From Lama glama (lineage: Eukaryota): a stretch of DNA of 64,000 bases. Where the stretch lies: the NCBI GenBank assembly GCA_028534125.1, contig CM052816.1:28274001-28338000 (forward strand), given 5' to 3'. Under the pieces are notes generated by a model. The model had not been told where the DNA came from. It worked only from the letters and a program-made list of their open reading frames with translations, and ran no database searches. Positions 41,891 to 54,813 of this stretch are shown here, one piece after another. Position 1 is the stretch's first letter, and each line of letters opens with the position of its first letter. The position numbers and the translations under genes were made by a program.

Positions 41891-42889
41891 ATAGAAAGAA
41901 AGAAACTTAGTTATGACCTCGATTCCTTCTTCCTTTTGGAAGCCTCAGGACCTAAATTCTTGATGGTGTTAAGTCAAATGTTACGGTATGGGCCAGCAGA
42001 CTGGATTTACAAAATCTGGAGGCAAAAATTTTGGTCAAAAGCCAAAAAAGGCTAAGGCAAGCAAATCATGTAGAAAAGTGTCCCAGAAGTATCCAGAAAT
42101 TGCTGAAAGAAAGAAAACACCAGTGGAACCACTCCATCTCTGCTTTCTTCCTCAAGAGCTCACCTGTTTTTTTTATTCCTCTCACCTCTCTCATAACCCT
42201 GGTGGTTGTTGTCCATCCAGGCTTCATAGTTTTAACACACCTGCTCTTGGGAACACTCTGTGGTCATGCCATGTCAGAGACACATTATCTCCACACCTCT
42301 GCTTTAGCCCAACTTAATTCATTGATTACAGTTCCCTTTAATGTAGTCATTTTTCTAAAATGCTATTTTAGAGACTTCTCTCACTCTATTCCACAAGTAT
42401 TCTGAAGTACTTACTGCCTTTTAACCTCTTTACAGATGTTCTTCAAAGCAGAAGAATCTTGAGAAGGCACGATCTAAATTGCTAATATATAGGATAAAGA
42501 CATGCAGGGCAATTTTCCAGCCTTCCAAAAAAACATTATAGGAAATAAAACCATTCTATCAAGCAACTCATGAGAAGAAGTTTTTATGGATGGCTTTAAT
42601 ATATCTATGTGCCATCACTGTCCTAGAGTTTTTAACTTAAAAATGATGCACTCCCAGCTTTTTAAAAGCTTAGAGTCCAACAAAGTAGTAATACAACAAA
42701 GAGACAAATGCAGACACAGATCAGAGAGATACAGGCAGAGAGAGGAACACGTAGGATTAGTACCTTCCTCTTACTTGGCAGAGAAAAGTCAGGAGTTGCA
42801 CAGGCAAAGAATAATTCTGAATGAAACTAAAAATACAGGTTAAAGACAGAGAAGGTTCCAAGAGACATCAGACAGCTTAAAAAGAGTCT

Positions 42890-43250
42890 TTGGACTAAAC
42901 TGTGCTCTACTCCAGAACTGACAGGTTGAAGTTCTAACCTCAAATGTGACTGTATTTTGAGGTAAGAACCTTTAAGGATGTAATTAAGGTTAAAAAAAGT
43001 CGTAAAAGGTGGGGCAAAGATATAATAGGTGTGGTGTTCTTGTAAGAATATGAAGAGACACCAGGGGAAGGTGCACAAAGACACAGAGAGAAGTCCTGTC
43101 CACGAGCTCCAGAAAGACGTCTCAGCAGAAACCTAACTGGCCAGCATCTTGAATTCAGACCTCCAGCCTCCAGAGCTGTGAGAAAATAAACTTCTGTTCT
43201 TTAAGTCACACAGTCTGTGGTGTTTTGTTATGACAACCTGAGCTAATGTG
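42890..43250 (+). mobile_element. MLT1A/B-type MaLR LTR
   Basis: 'aatgtgactgtattttgagg..cctttaaggatgtaattaaggttaaa' ... 'ccagcctccagagctgtgagaaaataaacttctgttctttaagtcacacagtctgtggtgttttgttatg'. Confidence 0.85.
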
Positions 43251-43459
43251 AAGAGATCAAAGACAGCCAGGACTTGAGGAAGTAAGACTAGAGTGTAGCA
43301 TGTCAGAAAAGATGTGCAGAATGGGAACTGGTTAGCCTTAACTCTGGTAAGATTGGCAGTTGTCAAATAGTGAAGATGGTCTAGAAGTTTGGACTGAAGC
43401 CTTAAAGAGAAGTCATACCAAAGCAAGTCTAGAAAAAGAGTACTAGTTAGTTTCAACTG

Positions 43460-43822
43460 GTTACAGATTGCATGCTTGTGTTCCTCAAAAAATGTATATG
43501 CTGAAACTCTAACCACCAATGGGAAGATATTGGGAGGTGTGGACTTTATGAGGTAATTAGGTTTAGATGAGGTGATGAGGGTAAAGCCCTATGATGAGAT
43601 TAGAGTCTCCTAAGAAGACAAGAAAGAGATTTAAAACTTGCTCTCCAGGCCCTGTAAGGAGACAACTGTCTACTAGGCAGGAAGGGGGCCCTCAGCGAAC
43701 ACCAAATCTGCTAGTATTTCCATATTGGATTTCCAGCTTCCATAACTGTGAGAAATAAACGGTTGCTATTCCAGGCCACCCAATGTGTAGTATTTTTGTT
43801 AAAGCTGCCCCAAAATGCTACA
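43460..43822 (+). mobile_element. MLT1A/MST-type MaLR LTR
   Basis: 'gaggtaattaggtttagatgaggtgatgagggt..ccctatgatgagattag' ... 'ttccagcttccataactgtgagaaataaa'. Confidence 0.85.
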
Positions 43823-44162
43823 GTTATGTGATTAGGACACAATTATTTATAAACACGATGTTAAAACAAGTAGGTTTAATTTAGGTAATTCAGTTCTGTA
43901 TCATCTGTGCCCAACTCGACAAGATAATAAATCCCAATAATGTTTAACAATATGTGATAAATGTAGATTTTTCAATTATGAAGCATGAAAGATACTGTCT
44001 CTTTGAACTTCAATTTCTTCATCTACACTAGTTATCACAAAAATTTCATTCTTTATTATCTCCGTAACAACTTAGCAAATGAGTGCATCAATATACAATA
44101 AGCAGCAAGATAAATATTTCAAAGAATTTACATAAAGATATAGATTTAAACAATACTAGGTA

Positions 44163-44308
44163 GGGGAAGGGTATATAGTTCAGTGGTAGAGCACATGCTT
44201 ATTAGCATGCACAGTGTCTTGGATTCAATTCCAAGTACTGCCATTAAAATAAATACAAATAAACCTAATTACTCCCCTACCCAAAAAAAATCCTTAAAAA
44301 AAAAAAAC
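44163..44308 (+). mobile_element. tRNA-derived SINE resembling the camelid Vic-1 family
   Basis: GGGGAAGGGTATATAGTTCAGTGGTAGAGCACATGCTT... has an A-box-like TAGTTCAGTGG (44176-44186) and a B-box-like GGATTCAATTCC (44221-44232). Tail 'aaataaacctaattactcccc' plus poly(A). Confidence 0.8.
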
Positions 44309-47149
44309 ACTCAGAATATAGAAATGTCAGGATCATCTGGCTCAGCTCCCTCATTTCAGAGACAAAAATGAAGTTGACATAAAACAAAAGTTGAAGGGAC
44401 TTGCTTAAGGTTGTGAGGCAGGACAGTGGTTAGAAATTAAGAGGAATTATGCTTCTTCCATCAGTGTTCTGCCTGTGGGCTCCGTAAATGTACACACATT
44501 CCAACAATTCTTACAATTCTTTCCATCGAATGCAAAGCAGCTGCATTTTAGAGGTTGACTACTTTAGCAACTGCGTAATTTGACTCTCCTTATTTCACAG
44601 ATGGGAGAATTGAGACCCATCTATTCAAATGAAGGAGGTCCTAGACTAATCTCCTTAAAAATACAGAGCTAGAACTGAGGTCTACTGCCTTACAGTCCTG
44701 TTAGCTAACACAATGACTGGAGCCCAAGCTAGCGGTACTGCAAGGACAAGGTGGTTGGGACAGTCAATAAAAAGATGCACTGTCTGTTGAAAAATTAAGA
44801 ATAATAACAAGCTAACTACAATTCTTTTTCTAACTATAATTTAGTCTGTCTTTAATTATCACAATGTAACATTAATTCTAAACAATTTCAGTGATAAACA
44901 TGTATCTCATTGAAAAAAATCTCATTTGTCAACATCCTAAATACTGTTGAGAATACTACTTAGTTTTTTTATGATGATACATAAGCTTCAATTTTGCATG
45001 TATTTATTATTTATCCTTTAATAAACATCATGTTCTGTATGAAAGTCGATTTGGAGAATTCCCAGTTATACGACTACATCAGGAGTTCCTGATGCCCCTG
45101 GAATCATTTTATGTATCAAAAACAACTGAGACTATATTCAGCTGTTAAGATGGTAAAAATATATTTTAGTTAACAACTTGCCTATAAAGACAATTTGACT
45201 ATATTCATTCCTGCTTTTACTGGCTTTCACTGCATAATAATATATATATAATATATATATTAAGTAAGGTTGGAAAGGCAAATTCAACAAAAATCTCATC
45301 ATTTTGTGGATAGGAACATTTTATTATAAAATATTGAAAAAATATTTGAAAGGTTTTATAAAAAATAATACCTATTCACTTTATTTTACCTCTGTGTTTA
45401 TGACACTGGCTTAGTACAAAAAGCACGAAAGGCTTATCTAAGCTAAGCATGGTGAAAGAAATGCCATGTCTAACGACCTGTTTTCTCCCTCTAGTCTCCA
45501 TAGCCCATCAGAGGATAACCTGAAGTAATTCATACACATACCCCACATGCCTGTTGTGTGTTTTTGTATGTATATGGATATATATGATAGCTTTTGTACT
45601 AGAAAAAAATTTTCACTTTGACTTCAGGATCAGTAAGTTACTTGAAACTATATAACTAATTATTCAAACCGGGTTATTAAATTACCCCACTTATTTAAGA
45701 AATTCATATTTTTTAATCTAAACAGACCAGCTGCCTTGTGTTATTACTCACCCAACTTTCTAAATATTTATGTCAATGGATGCTGTTCACAATGGATTAT
45801 CCATACAGGCTCTTTATAGTAGGAGTTCTTAACTTAGACTTTGTGAAGTCCATAAACACTCTAATGCTGGATATAAAATATTGTCTATGTGCAAATCTTT
45901 CCGAGGGAAGATCCAGAATCCAAGAAATTCTCAGAGGCTGGCAAGCTAGATGCACTGAGAAGTCAAAAACACGCAAAGTACCATTTACTCCTAGATTGGA
46001 AAAGTAAAGAAAGTTTCATTTATTAAATCTAGGTGTTAGGACATGGGATCTGAAGTATTTTCTCTAGTCTTCTGTTCAAAATGGTTCATAAGCAAGTTTC
46101 TGAATAATGAATTTCTTAAAGACACAAGCAATAAATCCAATTTTCTTTAAATCAAAACCTATCAATGTTTCAGGGTGAGGAGATGTTTATTGTGTTGCAT
46201 TAACTAGATAGGCAGACAGATGTTGAGTGAAAAGGTTTGTAAAATCTTCCAGATCTGTACGTTAACCCTTTACAGAACACTAAAAGAGAACTGAAAAAGC
46301 TTCAACTATTTTGTCACGGCAAGAGCTATCATTAAACCTGAGACACTGAATGTGGCTTCTGAGATCTTCACAAAGACTCCTTCCCAACCCAGAGTAGAAT
46401 GTGTGCTCCAGAAGCAGTGCTGACTGAGAGTCAGTTCAAATTCTTTGAATTAAAGATACATTTCCTTCACAGTTTATAAAAACTGAAACTGTTCTTTCTC
46501 TAATCTGGATAAATACACTATTGCCATTTACTTAGTGCCTGAACAATTTTGATTGGTTTCTCTGTATGACTGGATAAAATACTTTAAAATTTATTTTAAA
46601 AATATCCACCACTGATGTGGCAAAAATGCAAAGTACCAGTAATCTTTGCACACAGACACACACACCCAGAAAGGGAGAGAGAGAGGACGGAAGGAAGACT
46701 ACCAATAGATTTTTTTATTAAAGGAAGCAAAATTAAATACCTTACACAATAAAATCACCGTTCTGTTCTACATTGAATTTAATCAGCACAGCTCAATTTA
46801 CCAATGACTGGGTTCATAACAATTAGAGAAATATTAAAAGGTTTCCTAAATGCTAATATTACTTCATTATAAATCCTAAATCCACAGCTTAAGGACCTTC
46901 CAGTTCAACAGAGCAAGGAGTTATAGCATCTTTTATTTGTGAGTCTCTGGTTTAAACAAGGGGAATAATGCAAAAGTGAGTAAGGCATCATCTCTTCCCC
47001 CTAAAAGATGATGTTCTAATGAGAAAAAGAGCCAAGATAAATGTATGAGTTTTTCCTCTTTTAAAATGGAGAAAATGCGAAATAATACAATATTCATTTA
47101 TAGTCACTCAGATTTAACAGAAGGTTAACTTTTTCCATTGTACTTTATT

Positions 47150-47950
47150 TTTAATTAATAAGATGTTAGATATTTTTAAGGCCACCTCTGTTACTACCAT
47201 CTCCTAATTCCTCCAACTCAGTCCCTTCCCACCGAATCACCACCCTGAAGTTGCACATATCCTCCGTGAATGTACTTATAGCAATGTATAGTATTGTTCT
47301 GTACAGTTTTTAAATATACAATGAAAAGCACAGCTCCACTTTATTTTCTAGAGTAACTATTCTAACCTTCTGTTTTCCATTATCATTCACCTATTACCAA
47401 AATTTCAGTATTTGTTAAAATTTTCTGTTTCGGAAAATGAGTTCTGTATTGTCTGAATGGTATGGATAGAAGTCAATCCACATAAAATGGAGAAAAAATG
47501 ATTACATAGTGAACAAAAAGACTGATTAGGATACTACCTTTACAAATCAGACTAAAACTAGGAAAATATGATTACTTTACTTTAATTATATTATAGATTG
47601 TGACTATGATTCTTAAATGTTTTAGAATAACTATGGTTCAATGTTTTTTTAATATCCAGTATTTTTCTGACAAATTTTATGATAACGTAAATTTACATTC
47701 ATCATTTTGTTCTTGGCTTTATTCTCATGTTTTTGTTACTGACTTTTATTAAATTTTCAACACCTTCTTTAATCTATTGATATTCAAATCGTTTTCTGTT
47801 GAAACCCAATTACATCAATACTCAGGCAGATTTTCTTTTCAATTGTTAATTGGCCCATCTGTTATAATTTTACCAGTAGCTTTGTTTGTAATTTACACTT
47901 AATACCACTTTCATTAACTTTCTAAAATACTTCAATCTCCAAGTAGCTTC
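47150..47950 (-). mobile_element. Very old L1 (L1ME-like) antisense fragments
   Basis: T-rich, with 'aatcaccaccctgaagttg', 'aatgtatagtattgttctgtacagttttt'. Confidence 0.45.
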
Positions 47951-48089
47951 CATTGTCTTTTGTATTCTACAGTATTAACCACATTGGATTATCAGGAAAG
48001 ATGAACCAACAAAGGTTATGACAGAATACATGACTGAAATTAAATTCACTTTATAATCATCCAATTAAATAATTTCACGAAATTTTACA

Positions 48090-48643
48090 TTATAAAGTAC
48101 CAGGATAGCCTAACGCTCACCTCAGGTGACTAAACTTTACATAAATTTCTTCCTGACCATAGGCCCCATGACCTCCCTTTTCTTGAAGCATTTATTTTAG
48201 AAAACTTATTGCAAATTCTTTCTCTGCCACCTTTGAAATGTATATACATCTCCTTTAACAATCTCTTGCCAGCTTTAAGACTGGGGAAAGTCTTTCTCAA
48301 GTACCTGGAAACCATCTCTTCAAAATGTAATACCCAGGAAGCTAACACCCCTATCTACAGTCTTTTGGGGAGGTAAGGAGCCTAATTTCACGGGGCACCT
48401 TGGGCCTAACTGTAAAATCCCAGCTATCATGAAGATACCAGAAAATACAGCTTACCTTTGGGCAAGGACAATTAGCAGTCTCACATTGCCTATGTTCTCC
48501 ACACCCAACCCCAGCTCTTAAAAACTCTCTAGTCCTCTGTTTCAGTGGAGTTGAGTTCAATCTCTTTCCCCTATTGTAATAGTTTTCAACAAAGCTTTAC
48601 TTGCTTAACGAATTTGTGGAATGCAAATAAATTTTCTCTGACA
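48090..48643 (+). mobile_element. MER34/MER39-like ERV1 solo LTR
   Basis: 'catttattttagaaaactt', 'gtctttctcaagtacctggaaaccatctcttcaaaatgtaa', 'gtggagttgagttcaatctctttcccctattgtaatag', ending ...CTGACA. Confidence 0.8.
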
Positions 48644-50019
48644 ATGCTTCCTCCATTTCATTCTCTTAACTTCCAGGACTTATACACATAATAAATACTC
48701 AGCCAACCATAAGTTCCTAACTCAATATTAGGCAATTTGTTTTTTTCACAAGGCAGCCAAGAAAGTTGAAGATGAACAAACCCTCTTTATTAACTTATTT
48801 GCTGCTTAACTTCAATAGATACAGTGCATTTTTACCATTCAAATTGCAATGTTTGATTTTTAAGAGCAAGGGCTCTGATTTAATTCTTTTTTTCTCTCAC
48901 ATATTCTCAACACAATACTGACTGCATAAAATTTATCTCAAAAATATGGTGATGTTATATGATTACGGTCATTTGATTCCTAAATTACTAACTCTGAAAA
49001 ACAGCTAAAACATAATCACAAGTTACATTAAATTCAAAGTATTCACTTGTGTATCAGACAACACAGCTGCAGAAGAAGTGAAAATAACCTAAATACTCAA
49101 CTGTAGAGAAGTGGTTCAGTAATTATAATAACACATATACATTCAATGGGAAAACCAGTAATATGTATGTCAATATATTTGATGGGAGAAATGGTTGATT
49201 ACAGACCTGGGGGTGGGAAATACACAAGATGAGAATGTGTTGTTTTATTACTACTGAAAAGGGAAGTCATCAATGAATTTAGGTCTTACTCCAAATGGTA
49301 TAGAGTCATGATGAAGGGGCCAAAGATGGAATAATTTGAATACACTAATAATATATTAATTATTTAATGTAAATAACCCAATATACTAATACTAAAACAA
49401 GCTTGTTAGTTCATAATGTTTTTTAAAAGGATAAGGAAATCAGAAATCCAAAACGCAACTAATTTTAGACAGAATAAAAAACATCAACTGCTTATTCTGA
49501 AAACTGACATGCAAAAGAAAATAAACATTTATGCTGACTTCCTTGTACAAATGATTTCAATGTAACCAAAACAACTTAGTTTATAAAAGAAAAGTATTCT
49601 TTACAGATAAAATCTAACCAATAAATGTGCAATGAAGAAAGTTTAAAAATCACTATTTTGTGACTACTAGTGAAATAAATGATCTGGGCAATGTTTATCA
49701 ATACATTACACTAGTCACTTATACTGGTAGATAAAAATGTTAGTTGGGATTACAAACCACCACCTGAACTCACTGATCAATCTAGCTTCTCTAAGTATAT
49801 GACAAGCAGACACTGCATGTTGGGTGACTACATACAATATGAAATTTAAAGCACCACCATTAAAGTATTTTACCAGAAAGATTAATGTCTAATCTAAATG
49901 TATTCAAGGCTCTAGAGATGAATTTTGTTAAAGTAAAGGATAGGAAAAGTTAACTCACACTACAAACAACCAAACAAAAAAAAACCAGGATGGTAATGCT
50001 CTATAAGACAACCTTATTA

Positions 50020-50533
50020 ATATTCTATGGCTGGTGTAAAAATTATAAAGAAAAAAAATAGCAATCTAAAATGACACAAGGTTCTTTCTTGTCTTACAGT
50101 TCCACAGGTTAGAAGTCCCACATGGTCTCACCAGGATAAAATTTAACTATAGGCAGAGCTGCATTCCTTTTTGGAGGCTCTGGTGGAGAATCCATGAATC
50201 CATTTCTTTGTTTTTCTCAGCTTACAAAAGTCACCCACATTCCTTGGGTCATGGTCCTCTTTCTCCATCTTCAAAGTCAACAATGTTCCACTTCTCTGAC
50301 CACTCTTTGGCAATCACATTTCCCTCTAAATCTCCTCTTCACTGTCTCCCACTTTAAAGTACCCTTGTGATTACATTGGGCATATGTGGAAAACCCCAGT
50401 ACCTCTTCCAACCTCGATGTACTTAACTTAATCATATAAGCAAATTGCCTTTTTCCCTGTATGCTAACATTCACAGATTCTGGGGATTAAGGTATGATCA
50501 CCTCTGGGGGCCATTATTCTGTCTATCTCAACA
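50020..50533 (-). mobile_element. MLT1D-like MaLR LTR
   Basis: Reverse-complement start 'ggggccattattctgtctatctca' and body 'cagagctgcattccttttggaggctctggtggagaatcc'. Confidence 0.85.
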
Positions 50534-50583
50534 CATGACTCATTTTCTATTTTGAATTAATGGTATTAAAAAACTGACAGTAG

Positions 50584-53500
50584 TCTTCCAGTAAGGCAAC
50601 GAAGATACTAAATGAATGACACAATAGAACAGTTGGACTTCATTGATACTTTTAGTACATTACATCCCCCCAAAACAGAATATACATTCTTTTCAAGCGC
50701 TCATGGAACATTCTCCAGGATAGACAACATACTCGTGCACAAAAAAATCCTCAATAAATTTAAGAGAATAGGAATTATTTCAAGCATCTTCTCTGATCAC
50801 AATGGCAAGAAACTAGAAATCAATCACAGAAAAACAAATAAGAAAAAAATGACAGCATGGAGACTAAATAACATGTTACTAAAAAGCCAATGGATTAATG
50901 ATAAAATCAAAGAAAAGGTTAAAAAATACTTTGAGACAAACGACAATGAAAATACAACCATACAAAATCGATGGGATGTAGCAAAAGCAGTCCTAAGAGG
51001 GAAGTTCATAATGATACAGGCCTTCCTCAGAAAAACAAGAACAATCTCAAATGAACCACCTAACCTACCACCTAAAACAATTAGAAAAAGAACAAATAAA
51101 ACACCTAACCTACCACCTAAAACAATTAGAAAAAGAACAAATAAAACAAATAAAAACAAATAAAACCAGCAGAAGGAAAGAAATAATAAAGATCAGGGAG
51201 GAAATAAATAAAATAGAGATTAAAAAAAAAAAGAAAGAAAAATTAATCAAACCAAGAACTGGATTTTTGAAAGAGTAAACAAAATTGACAAACCTCTGGC
51301 CAAACTCACCATAAGAGAAGAGAGAGGACACAAATGAACAAAATAAAAAATGAAAATGGAGAAATTACAACCAACACCACAGAAATTTTAAAAAATCACA
51401 AGAGAATACTATCAACAACTATATGGCAATAAATTGGACAACTCAAAAGAAATAAACAAATTTCTAGAAACATATAGTCCACCAAAATTGAATCAAGAAG
51501 AAATAGATCACTTGAACAGATCAATCACTAGAACTGAAATAGAATCAGAAATTTAAAAAAACAAAAGCCTCCCTATAAACAAAAGTCCAGGACAGGATGG
51601 CTTCACTGGAAAATTCTATCAAACATACAAAGAGCTCATAACAATCCTTCTAAAACTCTTCTAAAAGACTGGAGAGGAGGGAATACTCCAAAACTCATTC
51701 TATGAAGCCACCATCACCCTGATACCAAAGCCAAACAAAAACACTGCCAAAAAAGAAAACTATAGGACAATATCATTGATGAACATAGATGCAAAAATTC
51801 TTAAGAAAATATTGGCCAACAGAATCCAACAACACATAAAAAAGATTATATACCATGATCAAGCTGGGTTTATCCCAGGGGCATAGTATGGTTCAACACA
51901 CGCAAATCAAGAATGTGATACGTCACAACAAAAATCACATGATCATCTCAATAGATTCAGAAAAAGCATCTGATAAAGCTCAATACCCATTTATGATAAA
52001 AACTCTAACTAAAGTGGGTATGGGGGAACATATTTCAACATAATAAAAGCTACTTACAACAAACCTACTGCCAGCATAATACTCAACAGTGAAAAGCTGA
52101 AAGCTTTCTTACTAAAATCTGGAATAGGACAAGGATGCCCATTTTCACCACTTCTATTCAATATAGTATTGGAAGTCCTAGCCATAGTAATTAGACTAGA
52201 AAAAGAAAAGGGATACAAATTGGAAGAGAAGAGGTAAAGTTATAATTATATGTGGATGACATACTATATATAGAAAACCCTAAAGGCTCCATACATGAAC
52301 TACTGGAGCTGATAAAGGTACTTAGCAAGGTAGTAGGATACAAGATTAACATACAGAAATCAGTTAAATTTCTTTATACTAACAATGAAATATCAAGAAA
52401 GGAAAGTAAAGAAATAACCTCTTTTAAAATTGCAAATCCAAAAAAATAAAATACTCAGGAATAAATCTGACCCAGGAAGTAAAAGACTTATACATGGAGA
52501 ACTACAAAATACTGATTAAGGAAACTAAAGATGACTTAAAGAAATGGAAAGATACTCCATGTTCTTGGCTTAGGAGAATGAATGTTGTTAAAATGTAATA
52601 CTATCCAAAGCAATCTACAGATTTAATCTGATCCCTATCAAATTACCCAGGACATGTTCCATGGAACTAGAACAAATAATCCTAAAATTTATATGGAATC
52701 ACAAAAGACCTATAATTGCCAAAACAATACTGAGAAAAAAGAATGAAGTTGGAGAAATAATCCTCCCAGACTTCAGCATCAAAACAGCATGGTATTAGTA
52801 CAAAAACAGACATATGGATCAACAGAACAGAATAGAGAGCCCAGAATAAACCCATAAACTTTTGGTCAATTAACCTTTGCCAAAGGTGGCAAGAACATAT
52901 AATGGAGTAAAGATAGTGTCTTCAGCAAATGGTATTGGGGTAACTGGACAGCTGCATGTAAATCAGTGAAGTTATTTAGAATATTCCCTCACAACATACA
53001 CACAAATAAACTCAAAATGGCTTAAAGATTTAAACATAAAAAAAAACACTATAAACATCTTAGAAGAAAGCACAGGCAAAATATTATCTGACATAAATCT
53101 CAGCAACGTTCTCCTAGGGCAGTTTACCCAGGCAATGGAAATAAAAGCAAAAATTAACAAATGGGACCTAATTAACTTACAAGCTTTTGCACAGCACAGG
53201 AAACCATAAGCAAAACAGAAAGACAACCTATGGAATGAAAGAAAATATTAGCAAAAGATGAGACTGACAAGGGCTTAATTTCTAGAATATATAAATAGCT
53301 CATACAACTTAATAACAAAAAAAACAAACAACCCAATCCAAAAATGGGCAGAAGACCTAAACAAGCAGTTCTCCAATGAAGACATACAAATGGCCAATAG
53401 GCACATGGAGGGGAAAAAAAAAAAAAGAAACACCTCAATATCACTAATTATCAGAGAAATGCAAATCAAAATTACAATTAGGTATCATCTCACAGCAGTC

Positions 53501-54318
53501 AGAATGGCCATCATTCAAAAGTCCATAAACGATAAACGCTGGAGAGGGTATGGAGAAAAGGGAATCCTTCTACACTGTTGGCAGGAATATAGTTTGGTGC
53601 AGCCATTGTGGAAACCAGTATGTGGATTCCTCAAAAGACTAAAGATAGATTTACCATACGATCCAGCAATCCCACTCCTGGGCATATATCCAAAGGGAAA
53701 GTTAATTCAAAAAAAATATATGCACCCCAATGTTCACAGAAGCACTATTTACAATAGCCAAGACATGGAAACAACCTAAATGTCCATCAATAGATGACTG
53801 GATAAAGAAGATGTGGTATATTTATACAATGGAATACTATTCAGCCATAAAAACGACAACATAATGCCATTTGCAGCAACATGGATGTCCCTGGAAAATG
53901 TTATTCTAAGTGAAGTAAGTCAGAAAGAGAAAAAAAATACCGTACGATGTCACTTACATGTGGAATCAAAAAAAGACAAATGAACTTATTTACAAAACAG
54001 AAACAGACTCACAGCATAGAAAACAAACTTGTGATTACCAGGGAGGAAGTGGGTGGGAAGGGATAAATTGGGAATTGGAGATCTGTAGATAGTAAGTACT
54101 ATATATAAAATAGATAAACAAGTTCATACCATATTGCACAGGGAACTACATTCAATATCTTGTAGTAACCTATGGTGAAAAAGTATGTGAAAATGATTTT
54201 ATGTATGTTCATGTATGACTAAAGCATCATGATGTACACCAAAAACTGACACATTGTAAACTGACTATACTACAATAAAATATACATATACAAAAATTTT
54301 TTAAACAAATAAAAGATA
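50584..54318 (+). mobile_element. 5'-truncated lineage L1 (part of EN, RT, C-domain, 3'UTR), inactive, with 16-bp TSD
   Basis: ORF2 remnants include [48 protein letters not shown] and [31 protein letters not shown] (50568-50583) / AAAGAACTGACAGTAG (54319-54334) at a TT/AAAA site. Frameshifted. Confidence 0.96.
51057..51146. repeat. Exact 45-bp tandem duplication within L1 ORF2
   Basis: CACCTAACCTACCACCTAAAACAATTAGAAAAAGAACAAATAAAA x2 (51057-51101 and 51102-51146). Confidence 0.97.
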
Positions 54319-54492
54319 AAAGAACTGACAGTAGAAATTGTTTTAAGTATACTTCAGAGGCATAACAACAAAGTATTATGTATGATCCTTTTAAATACTA
54401 ATTCAAATTTTAAGAGATAATTTTGATAGGTGTGATGATTACACTGTGGTGATATGAGAAAATGTACCTACATGTTAGAAATACATACTGTA

Positions 54493-54600
54493 GTGCTCGC
54501 TTCGGCAGCACATACACTAAAATTGGCATGATACAGAGAAGATTAGTATGGCCCCTGTGCAAGGATAACACGCAAATTCGTGAAGCAGTCCATATTTTTT
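54493..54600 (+). pseudogene. RNU6: Full-length U6 snRNA retrocopy (5' part of a U6/L1 chimera)
   Basis: GTGCTCGCTTCGGCAGCACA...ACAGAGAAGATTAG...CCATATTTTTT has 8 substitutions versus canonical vertebrate U6 by my count, including AGC triad to AGT. No U6 promoter context upstream. Confidence 0.96.
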
Positions 54601-54813
54601 AGACAGGATTTCAAAATTGTAGAATAGATAAGCAAGATTGTACTGTATAGCACAGGGAAATATACACAAGATCTTACGGTAGCTCACAGAGAAAAAAATG
54701 TAACAATGAATAATATATATGTTCATGTATAACTGAAAAATTGTGCTCTACACTGGAATTTGACACGACATTGTAAGGTGATTATAAATCAATAAAAAAT
54801 GTTAAAAAAAAAA
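54601..54813 (+). mobile_element. L1 3'UTR and poly(A) fused to the U6 retrocopy
   Basis: Homologous to the L1 3' ends at 32468-32700 and 62123-62250. TSD AGAAATACATACT at 54477-54489 and 54814-54826 brackets U6 and L1 together. Confidence 0.93.

Noticed and set aside
44163..44240. tRNA gene
   Set aside because: The A/B boxes are degenerate, there is no acceptor stem, and it has a SINE tail with poly(A).
50612..53779. ORFs of 60-183 aa with endonuclease/RT similarity as host genes
   Set aside because: All are fragments of one frameshifted, 5'-truncated L1 ORF2 or its antisense.
54493..54600. Functional U6 gene
   Set aside because: It has eight substitutions including the AGC triad, no upstream PSE/TATA, an L1 tail and a TSD.
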